DNA from: Bacteroidales bacterium
GTDB lineage: Bacteria > Bacteroidota > Bacteroidia > Bacteroidales > JBGRPZ01
Direction of reading: 5' to 3'
DNA length: 64,000 bases
Assembly: GCA_041725955.1 (NCBI GenBank)
Contig: JBGRQE010000008.1
Location: 6,627-70,626, forward strand
Each line of letters starts with the position of its first letter. Position 1 is the first letter of the stretch. The translations under genes were made by a program, and so were the position numbers. A model generated the notes under the pieces. The model was not told where the DNA came from and searched no databases. It saw nothing but the letters and a program-made list of their open reading frames with translations. Shown here piece by piece: positions 60,365 through 64,000 of the stretch.

Positions 60365-61729
60365 TTAGCGATTAAACAACAATCTTTCTCCCATTTTTTC
60401 TTCAAAGAACTTACCGTCTTTATAAACAAGATTTCCGTTTACAAAGGTTGCATAAATACTATGATTAAATGTAACTCCATCAAATAAAGACCATTTACAT
60501 TTAGACAACATATTTTCTCTATCAACTTTAAATGGTGTCTCTGGCTTGATCAATACTATATCGCCTTGATATCCTTGCTTAATATAACCTCTATTATCAA
60601 TCTTAAAAGCTTTTGCAGGGGCATGACACATTTTTTCTACAAGCTTCTCATAAGTCCATTTGCCTTTTTTCACATACTCAAGCATCAACATCAATGAATG
60701 CTGAACCAATGGTCCTCCAGAAGGAGCCTTAAAATAGGTATTATCTTTTTCTTCTGCAGTATGGGGGGAATGATCTGTAGCAATATAATCAATTCGATCA
60801 TCTAAAAGTGCATCCCATAATTGCTCACGGTCTTTCTCTGTTTTAACGGCAGGATTATACTTTAACTTACTTCCATGAATTTCATAATCCTTATCATTAA
60901 AATTAAGATGATGCACACATACTTCTACAGTAATATTTTTATCTTCAACATTTCCACTTTCAAAGAGTTCAGTTTCTTTTCCTGTAGTTAAATGCAATAC
61001 ATGCAATCGGGTATTATGTTTCTTTGCCAATTCAATAGCTAATGACGAACCCATATAACAAGCTTCTGCACTTCTTATAATTGGGTGCTGAGAAAAAGGA
61101 ACATCTTCGCCATATTTCTCACGAGCTGCTTTCATATTTGCCTGTACGGTATTCTCGTCTTCACAATGCACAGCCACAAGTGTTGGAGCTTGTGAAAATA
61201 TTTGTTCCAAGGTTTCTTTTTTATCTACAAGCATATTTCCTGTAGAAGAACCCATAAACACCTTTATACCACAAACATTTTTGGGGTTAGTTTTTTTTAC
61301 TTCTTCAATATTATCATTAGAAGTACCCATATAAAAAGAAAAATTTGCCAACGACTTTTTTGCAGCAATTTTATATTTATATTCTAACAACTCCTGAGTT
61401 AAAGCTGGAGGATTGGTATTGGGCATTTCCATAAAAGAAGTGGTTCCTCCTGCAACAGCAGCTCTACTCTCGGTATAGATATCTGCTTTTTGAGTAAGCC
61501 CAGGATCACGAAAATGAACCTGATCATCAATCACACCGGGAATAACTAACATTCCCTGAGCATTTATAATCTCGTCTATATCACCTTTTTCCTGACGAAA
61601 TTTTCTTTCAGATCTGCAAACATTTTCTAAAACATGTTCAATTTTACCATCATTTAAGATAAGGTCGGCAAAATACGATTCGCCATCATTTACGACTTTT
61701 CCACCTTCTATATAGATACGCTTACTCAT
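60365..61729 (-). CDS. pyrC: Dihydroorotase
   Basis: PGVIDDQVHFRDPG, AAVAGG, MPNTNP, KVFMGSSTG, HCED, KYNPAVK, ATDHSPH. Confidence 0.93.
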   Translation of the reverse strand: MSKRIYIEGGKVVNDGESYFADLILNDGKIEHVLENVCRSERKFRQEKGDIDEIINAQGMLVIPGVIDDQVHFRDPGLTQKADIYTESRAAVAGGTTSFMEMPNTNPPALTQELLEYKYKIAAKKSLANFSFYMGTSNDNIEEVKKTNPKNVCGIKVFMGSSTGNMLVDKKETLEQIFSQAPTLVAVHCEDENTVQANMKAAREKYGEDVPFSQHPIIRSAEACYMGSSLAIELAKKHNTRLHVLHLTTGKETELFESGNVEDKNITVEVCVHHLNFNDKDYEIHGSKLKYNPAVKTEKDREQLWDALLDDRIDYIATDHSPHTAEEKDNTYFKAPSGGPLVQHSLMLMLEYVKKGKWTYEKLVEKMCHAPAKAFKIDNRGYIKQGYQGDIVLIKPETPFKVDRENMLSKCKWSLFDGVTFNHSIYATFVNGNLVYKDGKFFEEKMGERLLFNR

Positions 61730-61830
61730 GATTTCATTTTTTTATGGCATAAAGGTAAATAAAAAAGAAATTCCAAATAAAGGTAAAAAAGATCATATTT
61801 AAGTAAAACCCTATATTCCAAAAACATAAA

Positions 61831-61857
61831 AAGGTCTCCGACAAAGCAGAGACCTTC
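61831..61857 (-). terminator. Probable terminator of the phosphatase gene
   Basis: AAGGTCTC ... GAGACCTT with an A run on the left (U tract on minus). Confidence 0.6.
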
Positions 61858-61903
61858 TAATATTAGATTTATATAAAATCCTTATTATATTTTTTTAATA
61901 TTT

Positions 61904-62731
61904 CTAATACGATGAAATATTATTTAACATAGCTTCTTTATTTTCTTCATGGGCTGCACCTACAACAAATCCTTCCAAAGACTTTATCCAATCGCCATAC
62001 ATAACATTAGGCAATACAATAAAACTTCTACCAAATTCAGCCTTTAAACTATCAACTAAATTATATCTGTGTTCACTTTTCAAACCTTCAAACTTATCGG
62101 AAAAGTCGGGAAGAACATCACCACAATACATAATTATATTATAATCTTTTGCCACTTCCTGTCGACGAGATTCTTTATTCGAAACACCTTCACGTGGAAA
62201 AACATGATCTGCATTTGCAAAAGGAAAACCTTCCTTCTTCAAATTCTGAACAGTAACATCTTCAAGATGTGATTTACGATTGGTTATATAAAAAGTTTTA
62301 ACTCCTTTTTCTTTAGCTAGATTAAAAAAATCAACTGCTCCAGAAATAGCTTTCGCACTGCCTTGCAAACACCAATCATCCCACAATTCCGAAGTATATT
62401 CTTCATTAAGTTCAATTAATTTCGCTTCAAAAGGACTATTGTCCAATACAGTTTCATCTACATCAGTAACAATAGCTAAAGGTTTCCCATTTTCCGGAGC
62501 TGTGCGAATAAGCTCATCTAAAGAATTTGCAGCAGAATTATATGCCTGTATTGTTAAAGCCGACATTTCGGCAGCCTTCTGATGAAACAAAGTTGGCATT
62601 AATAATTTCTCATTATACACTTTCTGATTCTTGGAATCCCCTTCCTCTTTCAAACAATCTTTATGCAAATACACTAGCACAAAACCAATAAATGCAACTA
62701 TCAACCCCTTAAGCAATAGATTTCGTTTCAT
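61904..62731 (-). CDS. Class C acid phosphatase / 5'-nucleotidase, e(P4) family
   Basis: DVDETVLDNS, FYITNR, KESRR, GDVLPDF, LPNVMYGDW; N-terminal signal/anchor. Confidence 0.92.
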   Translation of the reverse strand: MKRNLLLKGLIVAFIGFVLVYLHKDCLKEEGDSKNQKVYNEKLLMPTLFHQKAAEMSALTIQAYNSAANSLDELIRTAPENGKPLAIVTDVDETVLDNSPFEAKLIELNEEYTSELWDDWCLQGSAKAISGAVDFFNLAKEKGVKTFYITNRKSHLEDVTVQNLKKEGFPFANADHVFPREGVSNKESRRQEVAKDYNIIMYCGDVLPDFSDKFEGLKSEHRYNLVDSLKAEFGRSFIVLPNVMYGDWIKSLEGFVVGAAHEENKEAMLNNISSY

Positions 62732-62989
62732 AACAATATAATTACCATATTAATCCTAACTGTCTAATTAACCTTTTTTAAGAAAAAAAATTGCATAAAA
62801 AACAATCATCCTTAACACTCACTTCAATATAATTAAACACTAGGTAAACCTTGTTTTAGACCCAACAACATTTTCAATTCATTTTAGTAATTAATTTTCT
62901 GTTATATACTTAAGCTTTTGAATATAGTAATGAAACTATTACATTTGTCCACGAAGATAATTGTGATATAAAATTCAAAAAATAAATTT

Positions 62990-63811
62990 ATGAAACCAAT
63001 CAAGGTAAGCTTTATTTTATTGGCACTCGCAGCACTAATAAGCACTTCTTGCGTCAAAGATGATGATACTAATATTATACAACTCGATCATGCAATAAAA
63101 GAAATAAGTTACGACAAGCAAAGAGTAGCTACTTTCGCATACGACAATCAAGAAAGATTGAAAGAGTTTTACCTTGATGGAAAAAAACTTCAAGAAGCAT
63201 TTGGAAGAAGCTTGTTCCAAAACGCAAGATCTTTTAAAGTATATTACGCAAATAACGATAAAATTGCCAATGTCAAAGCAATTCAAAGCTTAGAAGGTAA
63301 CAGCACCTCCGATTCTTTGTTTTTTGAATATAAAAATGAGCTTGTTAATGTTTTTATTTACAAGAAAAACACGCAAGGAAAATATGAGAAAAAACAAAGA
63401 TTAGAACTTAAAAAAGATATTAGCAACACCATAATTTCTACTATTACTTTTGAAATTAATGGAGATAAGGAATCTGCTATATATACAGAAAACTACTCTT
63501 ATGTTGGAGGAAATTTATTGAGATACGAAAGTATTCCTGCTGATAATAATAAAGTAATCTATGAATACAGTTATCTTCAAATAAAAAATGCATTCAAAGA
63601 TTTTAATATCCTTTCCAATATTTTTAGAATGCCTGAACTTTCTTCTATTCTTAATATCGGACAAGTTGGAATAACAGATACAAAAGAAAATAAGAAAAGC
63701 ACTTATAATTTTGAATATACAGATGATTCTGGCAAATATCCTCTAACCGCTAAAATCAAGAATAGTGACGACGAGAAATACGAAAAAGAGATCGTTTATA
63801 CTTACTATTAA
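62990..63811 (+). CDS. Hypothetical lipoprotein with YD-like repeats
   Basis: Lipobox STSC; FAYDNQERL, YSYVGGNL, FEYTDDSGKYP and YTYY; TACATTTG element at 62940. Confidence 0.75.
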   Translation: MKPIKVSFILLALAALISTSCVKDDDTNIIQLDHAIKEISYDKQRVATFAYDNQERLKEFYLDGKKLQEAFGRSLFQNARSFKVYYANNDKIANVKAIQSLEGNSTSDSLFFEYKNELVNVFIYKKNTQGKYEKKQRLELKKDISNTIISTITFEINGDKESAIYTENYSYVGGNLLRYESIPADNNKVIYEYSYLQIKNAFKDFNILSNIFRMPELSSILNIGQVGITDTKENKKSTYNFEYTDDSGKYPLTAKIKNSDDEKYEKEIVYTYY

Positions 63812-63815
63812 AAGT

Positions 63816-63856
63816 AAAAAGCGTAGTGCGTTTAATCAACACACTACGCTTTTTTT
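63816..63856. terminator. Bidirectional terminator
   Basis: AAAAAGCGTAGTG ... CACTACGCTTTTT. Confidence 0.8.
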
Positions 63857-63873
63857 AAAATTACCAACAACAG

Positions 63874-63999
63874 TTAATCTTGATTAAATCCTTCTACCAA
63901 AGAAGAACAAACATCTTTTACTGTTTCAATTTCTTTTGATTTCCAAACATTAGCACCTGCAAAAGCATAACCACGATCAAAATTACCTTTCAACGCAGA
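63874..63999 (-). CDS. C-terminus of a nitronate monooxygenase/FabK-like flavoenzyme (partial)
   Basis: Minus-strand frame reads SALKGNFDRGYAFAGANVWKSKEIETVKDVCSSLVEGFNQD*, typical of this family's C-terminus. Confidence 0.7.
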   Translation of the reverse strand, partial: SALKGNFDRGYAFAGANVWKSKEIETVKDVCSSLVEGFNQD

Positions 64000-64000
64000 A

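Overview
AT-rich chromosomal window from a Bacteroidota genome, most likely an anaerobic or facultative Bacteroidales/Marinilabiliales-type organism (TAnnTTTG promoter elements, T9SS C-terminal sorting domains, glsA/glsB-type acyltransferase pair). The backbone is housekeeping genes (recQ, mutS, mfd, pssA, engB, era, der, hslR, pyrC, acyl-CoA carboxylase subunits, tRNA-Gly/Leu/fMet). Between them are a mannoside-catabolism operon (GH92, FucP-type MFS, EEP, GH2, cutC), two AlgI/AlgJ-type O-acetylation modules, a Crp/Fnr-porin-TsoY-like module, a flavinylated FMN-binding/Fe-S protein with a membrane-anchored nitroreductase, and a DUF5689/TonB-receptor/EEP-nuclease locus. The most notable signal is a pair of paralogous 65-aa Cys/Ser/Thr-rich peptides (53829-54026, 56653-56850) with the LxLxKx5L leader of Bacteroidota class I lanthipeptide precursors. 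They show synonymous-only divergence in a 17-codon core block, have no modification enzymes in the window, and bracket a purine/nucleoside uptake operon next to tRNA-fMet. Unusual non-coding structures include two unrelated arrays with an exact 22-bp period (one made of palindromes inside 20-bp inverted repeats), GTAG-type REP hairpins after tRNA-Leu, and inverted heptamer tandem repeats. Family calls come from motif recognition by eye, not database searches.
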